DNA of 64,000 bases, from the NCBI GenBank assembly GCA_963813155.1, contig CAWEYG010000004.1:72918-136917 (forward strand). The letters are read 5' to 3'. This DNA is from an uncultured Acidobacteriota bacterium (GTDB lineage: Bacteria > Acidobacteriota > Thermoanaerobaculia > UBA5066 > DATFVB01). The position numbers were made by a program, and so were the translations under genes. Each line of letters starts with the position of its first letter. The stretch's first letter is position 1. Below, one piece after another: positions 1 through 11,667 of this stretch. Under the pieces are notes generated by a model. That model did not search any database. It was not told the DNA's origin and saw only the letters and a list, made by a program, of their open reading frames with translations.

Positions 1-502
1 CGTTCGAGTCGTCCGGAACGACGAGTTCGACGTCGCCGAGGAAATCTCCCGGAAGCCGGCGAGGATCGTGATTTCGCCGGGGCCGGGCAGGCCCGAGGAC
101 GCGGGCAGGACGATCGAGACGATCCGGGCCGCGGAGCGGGAGCGGATTCCGCTGCTCGGGGTCTGCCTCGGGCACCAGGCCATCGCGGTCGCGCACGGCG
201 CGACGGTTTCGCGCGCTCCGGTGCCCGTGCACGGAAAGACTTCGCGGATCTCGCACGCCGGGATCGGCATCTTCGCCGGTCTCTCGAACCCGTTCGAGGC
301 CACGCGTTACCATTCCCTCGCGGTCGCGGAGCGGACGCTTCCGGAGGAGCTCGTGACGACCGCGCGTTCCGAGGACGGGCTCGTGATGGGAATTCGCCAT
401 GCGTCGCTGCCGGTCTTCGGCGTCCAGTTCCACCCCGAGTCGATTCTTTCGATCGAGGGACCGAAGCTGATCGCGAACTTCCTGCGCGGGAGCTTCGAGT
501 GA
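1..502 (+). CDS. trpG: Anthranilate synthase component II / class I glutamine amidotransferase (5' truncated by window edge)
   Basis: ISPGPGRP, LGVCLGHQ, RYHSL and GVQFHPES motifs; lies directly upstream of trpD. Confidence 0.9.
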   Translation, partial: VRVVRNDEFDVAEEISRKPARIVISPGPGRPEDAGRTIETIRAAERERIPLLGVCLGHQAIAVAHGATVSRAPVPVHGKTSRISHAGIGIFAGLSNPFEATRYHSLAVAERTLPEELVTTARSEDGLVMGIRHASLPVFGVQFHPESILSIEGPKLIANFLRGSFE

Positions 503-1509
503 GCCTCCCGGACGCGCTCCGTCTGCTCGCGGAACGCCGGCCGATGAGCGGGGAGACGGCAAAGGGGGCGTTCCTCGACCTGATGGAGGGCCGGGCGACG
601 GACGCGCAGAAGGGCGCGCTCCTGCTGGGGCTCGCGGCGCGGGGCGAAACGCCGGAGGAGGTCGCGGGAGCGGTTTCCGCGTTGCGGGAAAAGATGACGG
701 CGGTGGTTTCGCGCCGGTCGCCGCTCGTGGACACGTGCGGAACCGGCGGCGACGGCGCGGCGACGTTCAACGTCTCCACGGCGGCGGCGCTCGTCTGCGC
801 CGGGGCCGGAGCGGCCGTCGCGAAGCACGGCAACCGCGCGGTGTCGTCGCGCTGCGGATCGGCGGACGTTCTCGAGGCGCTCGGCGTTCCTCTGGAAACG
901 ACGGCCGAGGAGGTCGCGAGGGACCTCGAGTCCCGGGGATTCGCGTTCCTCTTCGCGCCCGCGTTCCATCCCGCGATGAAGGAAGCCGCCGCCGTCCGCC
1001 GACAGCTGGGCGTGCGCACGATATTCAACCTGATCGGTCCTCTCGCGAACCCGGCGCGACCGTCGCGGCAGCTGATCGGCGTCGGACGATTCGAGGTCGC
1101 GGACCTGCTGGCCCGGGCGATGGCGCTCCTCGAAAGCGAGCGGACGATCATCTTCCATTCCGAAAACGGCCTCGACGAGCTGACCCCGGGAGTTCCCGCG
1201 ATCGGTTTCGAGATCCGCGGGCCGCGCGTCGACCCCTGGAAATTCGATCCCGGCGTGCTGGCGCAGCGCGCCGTCGCCCGCGAGGAGCTGGCGGGAGGCG
1301 ACGCCCGCGAGAACGCCGCCGCGCTCGTTCGCCTCCTCGGGGGCGAGCGGGGCCCCTTGCGGGAAACCGTTCTCCTGAACTCCGCCGCGGGACTCTGGGT
1401 CGCGGGGACGGCGGCGACGCTGCACGACGGGTATGACCTCGCGTGCGATTCGATCGACGGCGGCCGCGCGGGCGCGGTTCTCGAGGCGGCGCAGCGGAGC
1501 GCGGCATGA
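499..1509 (+). CDS. trpD: Anthranilate phosphoribosyltransferase
   Basis: DTCGTGGDG, FNVST, KHGNRAVSS and RTIFNLIGPLANP motifs. Confidence 0.97.
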   Translation: MSLPDALRLLAERRPMSGETAKGAFLDLMEGRATDAQKGALLLGLAARGETPEEVAGAVSALREKMTAVVSRRSPLVDTCGTGGDGAATFNVSTAAALVCAGAGAAVAKHGNRAVSSRCGSADVLEALGVPLETTAEEVARDLESRGFAFLFAPAFHPAMKEAAAVRRQLGVRTIFNLIGPLANPARPSRQLIGVGRFEVADLLARAMALLESERTIIFHSENGLDELTPGVPAIGFEIRGPRVDPWKFDPGVLAQRAVAREELAGGDARENAAALVRLLGGERGPLRETVLLNSAAGLWVAGTAATLHDGYDLACDSIDGGRAGAVLEAAQRSAA

Positions 1510-2282
1510 GCGCCGGGGTGCTCGACGCGATCGTCTCCGCGACGCGACGCCGCGTTCGGGAGGGCGGGTATTCTCCCGCGGCGAAGGCCGGACCCTCGCC
1601 GCGCGGGGATCTGTTCCTCGCGTCTCTGCGGGAGCCGGGGACCCGGATCATCGCCGAAATCAAGGCGAAGTCCCCGTCGGCCGGGGAGATCGTGCGGGAC
1701 TGCGGCCGAAAAGTCGAAACCCTCGCGCTCGCGTACCGGCGAGGCCACGCGGCCGCGATCTCGGTCGTCACGGAACGGGAGTATTTCGGCGGGGATCCGG
1801 ACTGGATCGCGAGGGCGAAAAAGATCTCCGGCCTGCCCGTGTTGATGAAGGACTTTGTGGTCGAGGAGGCCCAGCTGGACTTCGCGGCTTCGCACGGAGC
1901 CGACGCCGTGCTCCTGATCGCCTCGATTCTCGACGAGTCGGAACTGAGACGGCTGCGGGAGGCGGCGGAAGCCCGGGGATTGGCGGCCCTCGTGGAGACG
2001 CATTCGGAAATCGAAATTGAGAGAGCGATCGCCGCCGGGGCGACGATCGTCGGGGTCAACGCGCGCAATCTTCAGTCCTTCGCCGTCGGGCTCGAAGACC
2101 TCGTTTCCCTCGCCCCGCGAATCCCTTCTCCGAGGGTTCGGGTTGCCGAGAGCGGAATCCGGACCCGCGGGGACGTCGAGACGCTCGCCGCCGCCGGATA
2201 CGGCGCGTTTCTCGTCGGCGAGACGCTGCTGCGCTCGCACGAGCCCGAAGTCGTCCTCCGAGGCCTGCGGGGCGAGCCGTGA
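1506..2282 (+). CDS. trpC: Indole-3-glycerol phosphate synthase
   Basis: [23 protein letters not shown] and VAESGI motifs; ATGA overlap with trpD stop. Confidence 0.95.
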   Translation: MSAGVLDAIVSATRRRVREGGYSPAAKAGPSPRGDLFLASLREPGTRIIAEIKAKSPSAGEIVRDCGRKVETLALAYRRGHAAAISVVTEREYFGGDPDWIARAKKISGLPVLMKDFVVEEAQLDFAASHGADAVLLIASILDESELRRLREAAEARGLAALVETHSEIEIERAIAAGATIVGVNARNLQSFAVGLEDLVSLAPRIPSPRVRVAESGIRTRGDVETLAAAGYGAFLVGETLLRSHEPEVVLRGLRGEP

Positions 2283-2886
2283 CCGGCGTCAAGATCTGCG
2301 GGTTGACGCGGCCCGGGGACGTCGCGCTGGCGGCGGCCCTCGGCGCGAGCCACGTGGGCTTCAATTGTTCCCCGCGGAGCCCGAGGCGCGCCGATCTCCG
2401 GATCGCGGCCGAGCTCGCGCGGGAATCGGGAAACGCGAAGCGCGTCGGCGTGTTCGTCGACGAGACGGCGGAAGAGATTCGCCGGGCGGTCGACGCCCTC
2501 CGGCTGGACTTCCTTCAGATCCATCGCGCCCTTCGAGCTTCGGACCTGGATCACGGCCTGCCGGTCGTCGCCGTCGCCCGGGTCGACGGCGAAGCGGCGG
2601 AGGTGCCCGAGACGGCGCTTCTGCGCCGGTGCCGGGCGATTCTTTTCGATACCGCCGATCCCGGGAGGCCGGGCGGCACCGGGAATTCCTTCGACTGGAG
2701 GCTCCTCGAACGGATGACCTTCCCCGTGCCGATGTGGCTGGCAGGCGGCCTGCGCGCCGACAACGTGGGGGAGGCGATCCTTCGCGGGCGGCCCGAGGTC
2801 GTCGACGTCGCGTCCGGAGTCGAATCGTCTCCCGGCGTCAAAGACAAGGCGAAGCTCGAAGCTTTCTTTCTCGCGGCGAGGCGGGC

Positions 2887-2890
<4 letters not shown>
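2279..2890 (+). CDS. trpF: Phosphoribosylanthranilate isomerase
   Basis: [21 protein letters not shown] and VDVASGVE motifs. Confidence 0.96.
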
Positions 2891-4061
<1,171 letters not shown>

Positions 4062-4065
<4 letters not shown>

Positions 4066-4871
4066 CGGCGTCGCGCCTCGCCGGGAAGTTCGAGGCCGCG
4101 CGGCTGGACGGCCGCGCCTGCTTCATTCCTTACCTGACGGCCGGCGACCCGGATCTCGCGACGACCGTCGCGCTCGCGCGGGAGCTCGATCGGTCCGGCG
4201 CGGACGTGCTCGAGCTCGGCGTTCCGTTCTCCGACCCGATCGCCGACGGACCGACTCTCCAGCGGGCCGCCGCCCGCGCGCTGGCCGGCGGAACGACGCT
4301 CGCGGGCGTGCTCGAATGCGCGGCCGAGATTCGCCGCTCCACCCGTCTCGCGCTCGTGCTCTTTTCGTACGCGAACCCGCTCTTCGCGCCGGGGTTCGCG
4401 CGCGCGATGGACAGGTCGGCCGCGGCCGGTTTCGACGGCGTCCTGCTGACCGACGTTCCGGCGGAAGAGGCGGACGATTTCCTGCCCGCGATCGCGGCCT
4501 CGGGCCTCGACCCGATCTTCCTCGTGTCGCCGACGTCACCCGAAGAGCGAATGCGAAGAGCCTCGCGCCTCTCGCGGGGTTTTCTGTACGTCATCTCGCG
4601 GACCGGGACGACGGGGGAGAAGAAGTCGCTCGCGAGGGATCTCGCGCCGACGGTCCGGCGCGCCCGCCGCTGCTCCCCGGAGCTGCCGGTCGCCGTCGGG
4701 TTCGGCATTTCGACGGCCGCCGATGCGGCGCGCGTGGCCGCCCTTGCGGACGGCGTCATCGTCGGCTCGGCGCTCGTCCGGCTCGTCGAGTCGAGCGGAC
4801 GGGACGCCGTCCCGGCGGCGGGACGGTTCGTCCGCGAAATGAGCGCGGCCTGCCTTCGAGCGCGGCGATGA
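4062..4871 (+). CDS. trpA: Tryptophan synthase alpha chain
   Basis: [23 protein letters not shown] and VGFGIS motifs. Confidence 0.97.
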
Positions 4872-5161
4872 GCGTCAGCGAGTTGGAGCGCCTGAGGCAG
4901 GCGATCGACGAGCTCGATCGCGTGATCGTGAAGCTCCTGAACCAGCGCGCGAAATACGCGATCGAGATCGGCCACGCGAAGAAGACTGTCGCGCTGCCGG
5001 TGTATTCGCCCGAGCGGGAGCGCGAAGTTCTTCGCAACGTCGAGGACGAGAACCGCGGCCCGCTCTCCGCCGACGGAATCCGCCGGCTCTACGAACGCAT
5101 CATCGACGAGTCGCGGCGAATCGAGCGCCAGGCGAAAGAAGAAGAACGGGAAGAGGAGTGA
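4868..5161 (+). CDS. Chorismate mutase (AroQ type)
   Basis: LERLRQAIDELDRVIVKLLNQRA...VYSPERE, the AroQ signature. Confidence 0.9.
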   Translation: MSVSELERLRQAIDELDRVIVKLLNQRAKYAIEIGHAKKTVALPVYSPEREREVLRNVEDENRGPLSADGIRRLYERIIDESRRIERQAKEEEREEE

Positions 5162-5168
5162 GGAACCC

Positions 5169-6182
5169 ATGTTGATCGTGATGAAGCCGAACGCGGGCGA
5201 AGCCGAAGTCGACGCGGTGATCGCGCGGCTCGTCGAAAAGGGGTTCGACGTCCACCGGTCGACGGGAGCGGAGCGGACCGTGCTCGGCGCGGTCGGACAC
5301 GTCCAGAACAGCGACCCGCGGTTCTTCGAGGACATGGCCGGCGTGTTCGAGGTCGTCCGGATCAGCGAGCCGTACAAGCTTGCCGGGCGCACGTTCCAGC
5401 CGCGCGACAGCGTCGTGTCGGTTCGCGGGGTGCCGGTCGGCGGCGACGAGGTCGTCGTGATGGCGGGGCCGTGCACGATCGAGACGCGCGAGCAGGTGTA
5501 CGAGAGCGCGAAGGCGATCGCCCGGGCGGGCGCGAAGATCCTGCGCGGGGGCGCGTACAAGCCGCGCACGTCCCCGTATTCCTACCAGGGGATGGGCGTC
5601 GATGGCTGGAAGATCCAGAGGGAAGTCGCCGACGAGTTCGGCCTCGCGACCGTGTCGGAGGTCATGGACTCCTCGCAGATCGAGGACGCGCTGGAGTACG
5701 TGGATCTCCTGCAGGTCGGCGCGAGGAACATGCAGAACTTCACGTTCCTGAAAGAGCTCGGCAAGATCCGCAAGCCGGTTCTCCTGAAACGCGGTCTCTC
5801 CGCGACGATCGAAGAATGGCTGTTGTCCGCCGAATACATCATGGCGGGCGGCAACCGCGACGTCATCCTGTGCGAGCGGGGAATCCGCACGTTCGAGCGC
5901 TACACGCGCAACACGCTGGACATCTCCGCGATCCCGGTCATCGAGAAGCTCTCGCACCTGCCCGTCGTCGCCGACCCGTCGCACGGCACGGGGCACCGCG
6001 AGCAGGTCGCGCCGATGGCGCTCGCCGCGGCGGCCGCGGGCGCGGACGGCCTGATCATCGAGGTGCATCCCGATCCGGACAACGCGCTGTGCGACGGCCC
6101 GCAGTCGCTGCTGCCGGAGCAGTTCACGAGGCTGATGGATCAGCTCAGAATCATCGCCCCGGCCGTGGGGAAGCGGATTTGA
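5169..6182 (+). CDS. aroF: DAHP synthase (type I-beta, N-terminal regulatory domain)
   Basis: [30 protein letters not shown] and DPSHG motifs. Confidence 0.95.
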   Translation: MLIVMKPNAGEAEVDAVIARLVEKGFDVHRSTGAERTVLGAVGHVQNSDPRFFEDMAGVFEVVRISEPYKLAGRTFQPRDSVVSVRGVPVGGDEVVVMAGPCTIETREQVYESAKAIARAGAKILRGGAYKPRTSPYSYQGMGVDGWKIQREVADEFGLATVSEVMDSSQIEDALEYVDLLQVGARNMQNFTFLKELGKIRKPVLLKRGLSATIEEWLLSAEYIMAGGNRDVILCERGIRTFERYTRNTLDISAIPVIEKLSHLPVVADPSHGTGHREQVAPMALAAAAAGADGLIIEVHPDPDNALCDGPQSLLPEQFTRLMDQLRIIAPAVGKRI

Positions 6183-6186
6183 GCTA

Positions 6187-6223
6187 CTCCCTCTCCCGGC
6201 GGGAGAGGGGTGGGGACCGGGGG
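6187..6223. repeat. REP-like palindrome (CCCTCTCCC-loop-GGGAGAGGG family)
   Basis: ctccctctcccggcgggagagggg immediately after aroF stop; related copies at ~8128-8172 and ~34265-34338. Confidence 0.6.
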
Positions 6224-6227
6224 GATG

Positions 6228-7238
6228 TCATTCCCGCGAAAGCGGGAAGGTGGATTCACATTTGAAGTGCAACAGATGAGAGAAGACCTCGGCCGGGGTT
6301 TGGAAGTCAAGGCATTTCCTAGGTGTGTGATTGTAGAGTTGGGCAAGGCGGAGGATTTGGCTCGTGGGAAGGACTGCCAGGTCGGTTTTTCGGGGGAGGA
6401 AGCGACGAAGCCGGCCGATGGCATTTTCGACTCCGCCCTTCTGCCAAGGAGACCGTGGATCGCAAAAGAATGTTTCGACTCCGAGGGTTTTTCCCAGGCG
6501 GTGATGGAAAGCGAACTCGGTTCCGTTGTCGAAGGTCACGGTGCGGCGCAGGGACGGGGGAAGAGGTCGCAGAAGATTTTCGATGGTAGAGACAAGAGGT
6601 GCGGCGGCCTTGCTTTGTTGACGCAGGATAACCGTCAGTCGAGAAGTACGTTCGTGAAGGGCCAAGACGGCCTGCCCATAGGTGGCAAAGAGCATGAGAT
6701 CGGCCTCCCAATGGCCAGGGTTGGTTCGGTCACTGGCTTCTGGGGGTCGCAGAGCAATGGGGACACGGTTTTGGATGTGCACGGTCGAGTTGCCGTGTTT
6801 TGGGGAGCGTCGGCCGCGCTTGCTCTTGCCGCGGGGGAGGTAGAGCCGCCAGGAGTAATCCTTGGTGCGAGCGATCTGAGCGGCGATGAAGCGATAAATG
6901 GTTTCATGACTGACAACCGGCCGGCCTTCTTCGCGCGCGAGCCTGCCGGCGACCTCCTGCGGCGACCATCCCTGACTGAGGCGGTCCAAGACCAGAGCCT
7001 GGAGGTCGGGCCGACGCAACAGTTTGCTGCCGGTCCAGCGCCGTGCCTTGGCCTGTTGACCGGCGTAAACGGGCTGATACCCGCCCGACGTCGTGCTGTT
7101 GCGCTTCAGCTCCCGAGCAACGCTCGATGGCGCGCGATCCAGACCTGCCGCGATTTGCCGGATCGATTGCCCGGCGCAGCGACGCCGGGCAATCTCACAC
7201 CGTTCCTGGATCCCAAGCTGCCCGTATTGGCGCCCCAT
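6228..7238 (-). CDS. IS30-family DDE transposase
   Basis: N-terminal HTH (SIRQIAAGLDRAPSSVARELKRN), WSPQEV, GHWEADL, TFDNGTEF, PWQKGGVEN, PRKCL. Confidence 0.96.
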   Translation of the reverse strand: MGRQYGQLGIQERCEIARRRCAGQSIRQIAAGLDRAPSSVARELKRNSTTSGGYQPVYAGQQAKARRWTGSKLLRRPDLQALVLDRLSQGWSPQEVAGRLAREEGRPVVSHETIYRFIAAQIARTKDYSWRLYLPRGKSKRGRRSPKHGNSTVHIQNRVPIALRPPEASDRTNPGHWEADLMLFATYGQAVLALHERTSRLTVILRQQSKAAAPLVSTIENLLRPLPPSLRRTVTFDNGTEFAFHHRLGKTLGVETFFCDPRSPWQKGGVENAIGRLRRFLPRKTDLAVLPTSQILRLAQLYNHTPRKCLDFQTPAEVFSHLLHFKCESTFPLSRE

Positions 7239-7286
7239 CGCAGCACCCCCATCAGAAGGTGTTGCACTTCGTTTGTGAAATCAAAG
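6249..7286 (-). mobile_element. IS30-family insertion sequence
   Basis: Imperfect terminal IRs (6249 ggtggattcacatttgaagtgcaaca vs reverse complement of 7260-7286, ctttgatttcacaaacgaagtgcaaca); 2-bp AA duplication; lower GC than flanks. Confidence 0.9.
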
Positions 7287-7319
7287 AATCGCTCTGGCGT
7301 GCCCGTGTAAAATCTCCCG

Positions 7320-8441
7320 ATGTCATCCCCCCTCCCTCCCGTCGCGATCGTCGGAGCCGGGCCGACCGGAATCGCGTGCGCGATCGAGCTCCAGCGTGTC
7401 GGCCGCGAGGCGATTTGCTACGACCGCGGCGGGATCCTCGATTCGATCTACCGCTTTCCGGAGGAAATGGTCTGGTTTTCCACGCGCGACCTGCTGGACA
7501 TCGGCGGAATCCCATTCGCGACGCCGCACGCCCACCCGACGCGCCTCGAGACGCTCGCGTATTACCGGGGTGTCGCCGAGAAGTTCGGCGTGAAGATCGA
7601 GGCGGAAACCGAAATCGAAAGGATCGAAAAATCGAGCGGAGGGAACTTCCGCTTCCTCGCGCGTCGTCGCGGCGAGACGGTTTCGTTCGAGGCCTCCGCG
7701 GCCGTGCTCGCGACCGGGTTCTTCCATAACCCGAAAAAGCTCGACGTGCCGGGATGCGACCAGGCTCACGTTCATTCTCGGTACGTTTCGGCGTATCCGT
7801 ACCACGGCCGTGACGTCGTCGTCGTGGGTGCGAAGAACGGGGCCGCGGAAGCGGCGCTGGACCTGTACCGCCACGGCGCCCGTGTGACGCTCGTCGCGCG
7901 AGCGGGCGAGATCTCCGACCGCGTGAAGTACTGGGTGAAGCCCGACATCGAGAACCGCATCCGAGAGGGGGCGATCCACGCGTTGTTCCACGCCTCGATC
8001 GTCGAGATCGGCTCTGATTCCGTTGTCGTCCGGGCGCGGTCCGGCGGGCAGACCTCGCGGCCGCGTGCTTCGCACACCGAGCTGAGCGGCCGCTCACTTC
8101 CAACCGAGGGGAAGGTTCCCCTCGATCTCCCCTCTCCAACTGGAGAGGGGTGGCCGTCAGGCCGGGGTGAGGTCAAGATCCCCGCGGACGCGGTTTTCGC
8201 CCTGATCGGCTACGAACCGGATTTTTCTCTCCTGGAGAGATGCGGTGTTCGGCTGGAAGGGGAGAAGAGAGTCCCCGCGCACGACCCGGAGACGTTGGAG
8301 TCGAACGTGCTCGGGCTCTATCTCGCGGGCGCGCTCCTCACGGGCACCGAGACGGGCCGCATTTTCATCGAGAACAGCCGCCACCACGCCGCCCAGATCG
8401 CCCGCGCGATCGCGCACCGGATCCCCGCGGCTCATGCCTGA
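7320..8441 (+). CDS. ypdA: YpdA-family FAD/NADPH disulfide reductase (putative bacillithiol disulfide reductase-like) with ~44-aa in-frame insertion
   Basis: IVGAGPTG, PTRLETLAYY, VKYWVKPDIENRI, ALIGYEPD and IFIENSRHH motifs. Confidence 0.85.
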   Translation: MSSPLPPVAIVGAGPTGIACAIELQRVGREAICYDRGGILDSIYRFPEEMVWFSTRDLLDIGGIPFATPHAHPTRLETLAYYRGVAEKFGVKIEAETEIERIEKSSGGNFRFLARRRGETVSFEASAAVLATGFFHNPKKLDVPGCDQAHVHSRYVSAYPYHGRDVVVVGAKNGAAEAALDLYRHGARVTLVARAGEISDRVKYWVKPDIENRIREGAIHALFHASIVEIGSDSVVVRARSGGQTSRPRASHTELSGRSLPTEGKVPLDLPSPTGEGWPSGRGEVKIPADAVFALIGYEPDFSLLERCGVRLEGEKRVPAHDPETLESNVLGLYLAGALLTGTETGRIFIENSRHHAAQIARAIAHRIPAAHA

Positions 8442-9114
8442 GGCGACCGAGAGGGAGCTGCTCCGGCTGCTCGCCGGGATGGACGTTTCCCCGGAACGGA
8501 TCCGCCAGCTCCTGGGAGACCGCGATGCCCGGCGGCTCCACGTCGTTCGGCGCATTCTCGCCGCGCACCCGAAGACTCCCCGGGCCGACGCGCTCGCTCT
8601 CGTGCCGACGCTCTACTGGCGGGACCTCGCGTGGATTTCCTCCGAGGCGCGTGCCCATCCCGCGATCCGGCAGGCCGCCGACCGGGAGATCCTTCGCCGG
8701 GCGCCCGGGCTCGCGGTGGCCGAGCGATGCGCCGTCGCGCAGCTCTCCGGGCGCGGAGTGATCGCGGCGCTTCGCCGGGACGCCGACGGCGCGGTTCTGC
8801 GAGCGCTCCTCCGAAACCGGCTGACCGTCGAGTCGGACGTCGTTTTCATCGCGGGCACGTCCCGCGACCCGGACCTGCTCGTTTCTCTGCTTTCGGCGCC
8901 TGTGTGGGGCGTCCGCGTCGCCGTCCGGGCCGCGATCGCCCGGAATCCCTTCACGCCCGAAGACGAGGCGGTTCGGCTCTTTCCGTCCATCCCGCTCGCG
9001 GACCTGCGCGAGATCTGCGGGGAGGGCCGCCGCCCGGTCTCCTTCCTGTTTCGCGCCCGCCAGGCGCTGGCCGAGAGGGTCGAAGGGCGTGACAGCTGCA
9101 CGCGAGTGGTCTAG
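8434..9114 (+). CDS. Hypothetical helical-repeat protein
   Basis: ATG overlaps the end of ypdA; AHPKTP, LLRNRL and IARNPFTP repeat-like motifs; host-like codon usage. Confidence 0.6.
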   Translation: MPEATERELLRLLAGMDVSPERIRQLLGDRDARRLHVVRRILAAHPKTPRADALALVPTLYWRDLAWISSEARAHPAIRQAADREILRRAPGLAVAERCAVAQLSGRGVIAALRRDADGAVLRALLRNRLTVESDVVFIAGTSRDPDLLVSLLSAPVWGVRVAVRAAIARNPFTPEDEAVRLFPSIPLADLREICGEGRRPVSFLFRARQALAERVEGRDSCTRVV

Positions 9115-9130
9115 CATGTACCGAACATCA

Positions 9131-9909
9131 ATGGCCGATTCGGGCGAGGTCGGGTTCGGCGAAGAATTGCGGCGCAACCGCCTGGTGCGCGAAGTGTCCC
9201 TGGAAAGCATCGCGAGCGCAACGAAGATCTCGAAACGGCATCTCGAGGCGCTCGAGAGGGGCGATTTTTCGCGTCTTCCGGCGCCGGTCTTCACGCGGGG
9301 CTTCATTCGCGCCTACGCGGGATACCTCGGGCTCGACCCCGAAGAAATGGTGAATGCCTATCTTTCCGACACGGTGAATGCGTCCCCGCGGGCAGATGCG
9401 AGATCCGAGGCGTCGATCTCCCGTCGTCCGCGTTCCGTCGCGATCCTGCCCGTTGCGGCAGCTGTTCTCGGCATCGGATCGTCCTGGCGGGCGTCGCCTG
9501 GCGGGCGGCGCATCGCGCTCGCCCGGCGTCGGCGAAGACGACCGTTCTGCCGCCCGTGTCGGCTTCTCCTTTCATTCGTGAAATTCCGAAGTCCACCTCC
9601 GCGCCCGCGCCGGGGATCTCCGGCGGCGCGCCGGCCGCTCCCCTGGCCCTGACTCTGAGGTTTCAGGAGGACTGCTGGATCGAGCTCTTCGGCGACGAGA
9701 GGCTCCTCTTCTCGGGGATGTTGAAGAAGGGCGAAGACCGGACCTTCGAAGCGCAGAGCGACTTCCGCCTCACCCTGGGAAACGCGCGCGCGGTGGCCGT
9801 CGCCGTCAACGGCCGGTTGCTGCCGCCGCTCGGCGGAGCGGGGCAGGTCGTCCGCGATCTTCGCATCGACGCCGCCCATCTGGACGAGCTCGTTTCCCGC
9901 CGGAGCTAG
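9131..9909 (+). CDS. rodZ: RodZ-like protein (HTH, TM, C-terminal DUF4115-like domain); frameshifted at ~9480-9560
   Basis: FGEELRRNR...LEALERGDFSRLPAPVFTRGFIRAYAGYLGLD in one frame; CWIE...LTLGNARAV..VNG in another. Confidence 0.8.
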
Positions 9910-9910
9910 C

Positions 9911-10969
9911 CTGGCAGGGGGGCCGATCTCGCCGGATCGCGATTTTACCGTCGCGTCTCTTCTCGACGGCTCGGCCGACCGAGTCCTTCGCCTGTTCGGC
10001 GCAAAGGCCCTTCTTCCGCTCGGGATCGAGGACCGGCTTCGAATTCTGCTGAGCTGCCGGAACGATACCGACGCGGAAATCGCGGGAGAGGCGGCCGCCT
10101 CGATCGCGAAAGTGCCTCCGGAGGAGTGGCTGAGCTTTCTGGACTTCGGCGAGCTCTCGGGAGGAGAGATTGGAGTCCTCGCGACCTCCACCGACGATCC
10201 TTCGGTCCTGGAGCGGCTGGTGCGCCACCGGGCGACGCCCGACGCGGTGCTCGTCCGCCTCGCGCGCGAGGCTCCGGCGGCCGTTCTGGAGGCGCTCGTC
10301 GTGAACCAGAAGAGACTTCTGGCGCATCCGGCGATCATCGACGCCGCGGAAGCCAATCGCGCCCTTCCCCCCGATTGCCGCAGGCTCCTTCGGGAGATCC
10401 GCGAAGAATTCTTCGAGAAGGAATCCCGGCGGCGGGACGCCGCGGAGGCCGCGGCGCCGCTCGAGTCCGCACCCGAGGAAGCCGCGGGCCCGGCCGACCC
10501 CGAGACGCCGGCGTCCGGGGAGGTCGAGGCGGGCGAGACCGAGGAAGAGCACGAGCGCCGGATGGCGATCAACCAGCGAATCGCTTACATGAACGCGGCG
10601 GAGAAAATCGAGACGGCGCTCAAGGGGACGCGCGAGGAGAGGCGGATCCTGGTCACCGACGTGAACAAATCCGTGTGGGAGTCGGTTCTCAAATGCCCTT
10701 ACCTCACGGACGTCGAGCTCGAGGCCTTCGCCTCGATGCGCAACGTGGACCCGGGGGTCTTTCGGCTGATGGCGCTGAAACCCGACTGGATGCGCAAGTA
10801 CGGCGTCGTGCACAAGCTCGTGAACAACCCGATCGTTCCCAACGAGATCAGCATGGGACTGGTGAAATTCCTGCGGATGCGGGACCTCCGGCTCGCCATG
10901 AACGACAAGAATCTCCCGGAACCCGTCCGAATCACGGCGCGGAAGATCTACCTCATCCGGCGCGCCTAA
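9911..10969 (+). CDS. Conserved hypothetical helical protein (possible CTG start)
   Basis: Frame stays open upstream of the 10112 GTG; GGAG precedes CTG at 9911; conserved-looking C-terminus (ALKGTREERRILV...LVNNP). Confidence 0.6.
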   Translation: MAGGPISPDRDFTVASLLDGSADRVLRLFGAKALLPLGIEDRLRILLSCRNDTDAEIAGEAAASIAKVPPEEWLSFLDFGELSGGEIGVLATSTDDPSVLERLVRHRATPDAVLVRLAREAPAAVLEALVVNQKRLLAHPAIIDAAEANRALPPDCRRLLREIREEFFEKESRRRDAAEAAAPLESAPEEAAGPADPETPASGEVEAGETEEEHERRMAINQRIAYMNAAEKIETALKGTREERRILVTDVNKSVWESVLKCPYLTDVELEAFASMRNVDPGVFRLMALKPDWMRKYGVVHKLVNNPIVPNEISMGLVKFLRMRDLRLAMNDKNLPEPVRITARKIYLIRRA

Positions 10970-11036
10970 GCTCTCTCCTTCGAGGGTCTTGCGCAATCCA
11001 TCGGAATTGCCGGATAATTGTCGAAGAAACCGAAGA

Positions 11037-11660
11037 ATGGCAGAGACGGTCAACCAATACGATGTGCTCGGCGTCCCGCGGAGCGCGACGACGGAGGAAA
11101 TCCGAAAGCGATTTCGCGACCTCGCGCGCGAGCGCCATCCCGACCGGAGTTTGCCGGGCGAGAAGTCGCGCGCCGAAGCGGAGTTCCAGGCGCTCACGGC
11201 CGCCTACAACGTGCTGATGAGCCCGGTGAGGCGGGCGGCGCTGGATTTCGACCTCGACAACAAGGTCGTCTCCGAATCCGACCCGAAGGCGATCGCCCAG
11301 GCGTACCTCGCCAAGGGAGTGGAGGAATACCGGGAGGGGAGGCTGGACTCGGCGTTTTCCAATTTCGAGCTCGCCCTCCATCACGACGCGGAAAACGCCG
11401 TGATCCAGCACCACTACGCGCTTTCCGCCGCGCGATCTCCGAACCGGCTTCGCCATGCGATCGCGGCGATCGAGAAATCGATCCGGATCGACCCCCACAA
11501 CGCGGGCTTCCTCCGGGACGCCGGGACGATCTTTCGTCAGGCAGGGCTTTGGACTCGCGCCGAAAAGTGTTACCTTGAGGCATTGAGGTGGATGCCCGAC
11601 TCGCCGGAGATCCGGCGAGGCCTGGAAGACGCGCGGAACCATCGGGCTCCGCAACAGTGA
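11037..11660 (+). CDS. J-domain + TPR protein
   Basis: YDVLGVPRSATTEEIRKRFRDLARERHPD (HPD motif), followed by TPR-like helices. Confidence 0.85.
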   Translation: MAETVNQYDVLGVPRSATTEEIRKRFRDLARERHPDRSLPGEKSRAEAEFQALTAAYNVLMSPVRRAALDFDLDNKVVSESDPKAIAQAYLAKGVEEYREGRLDSAFSNFELALHHDAENAVIQHHYALSAARSPNRLRHAIAAIEKSIRIDPHNAGFLRDAGTIFRQAGLWTRAEKCYLEALRWMPDSPEIRRGLEDARNHRAPQQ

Positions 11661-11667
11661 ATTTCGA

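Noticed and set aside
6210-7310. 366-aa ORF antisense to the IS30 transposase
   Set aside because: Mirror frame with no recognisable motifs.
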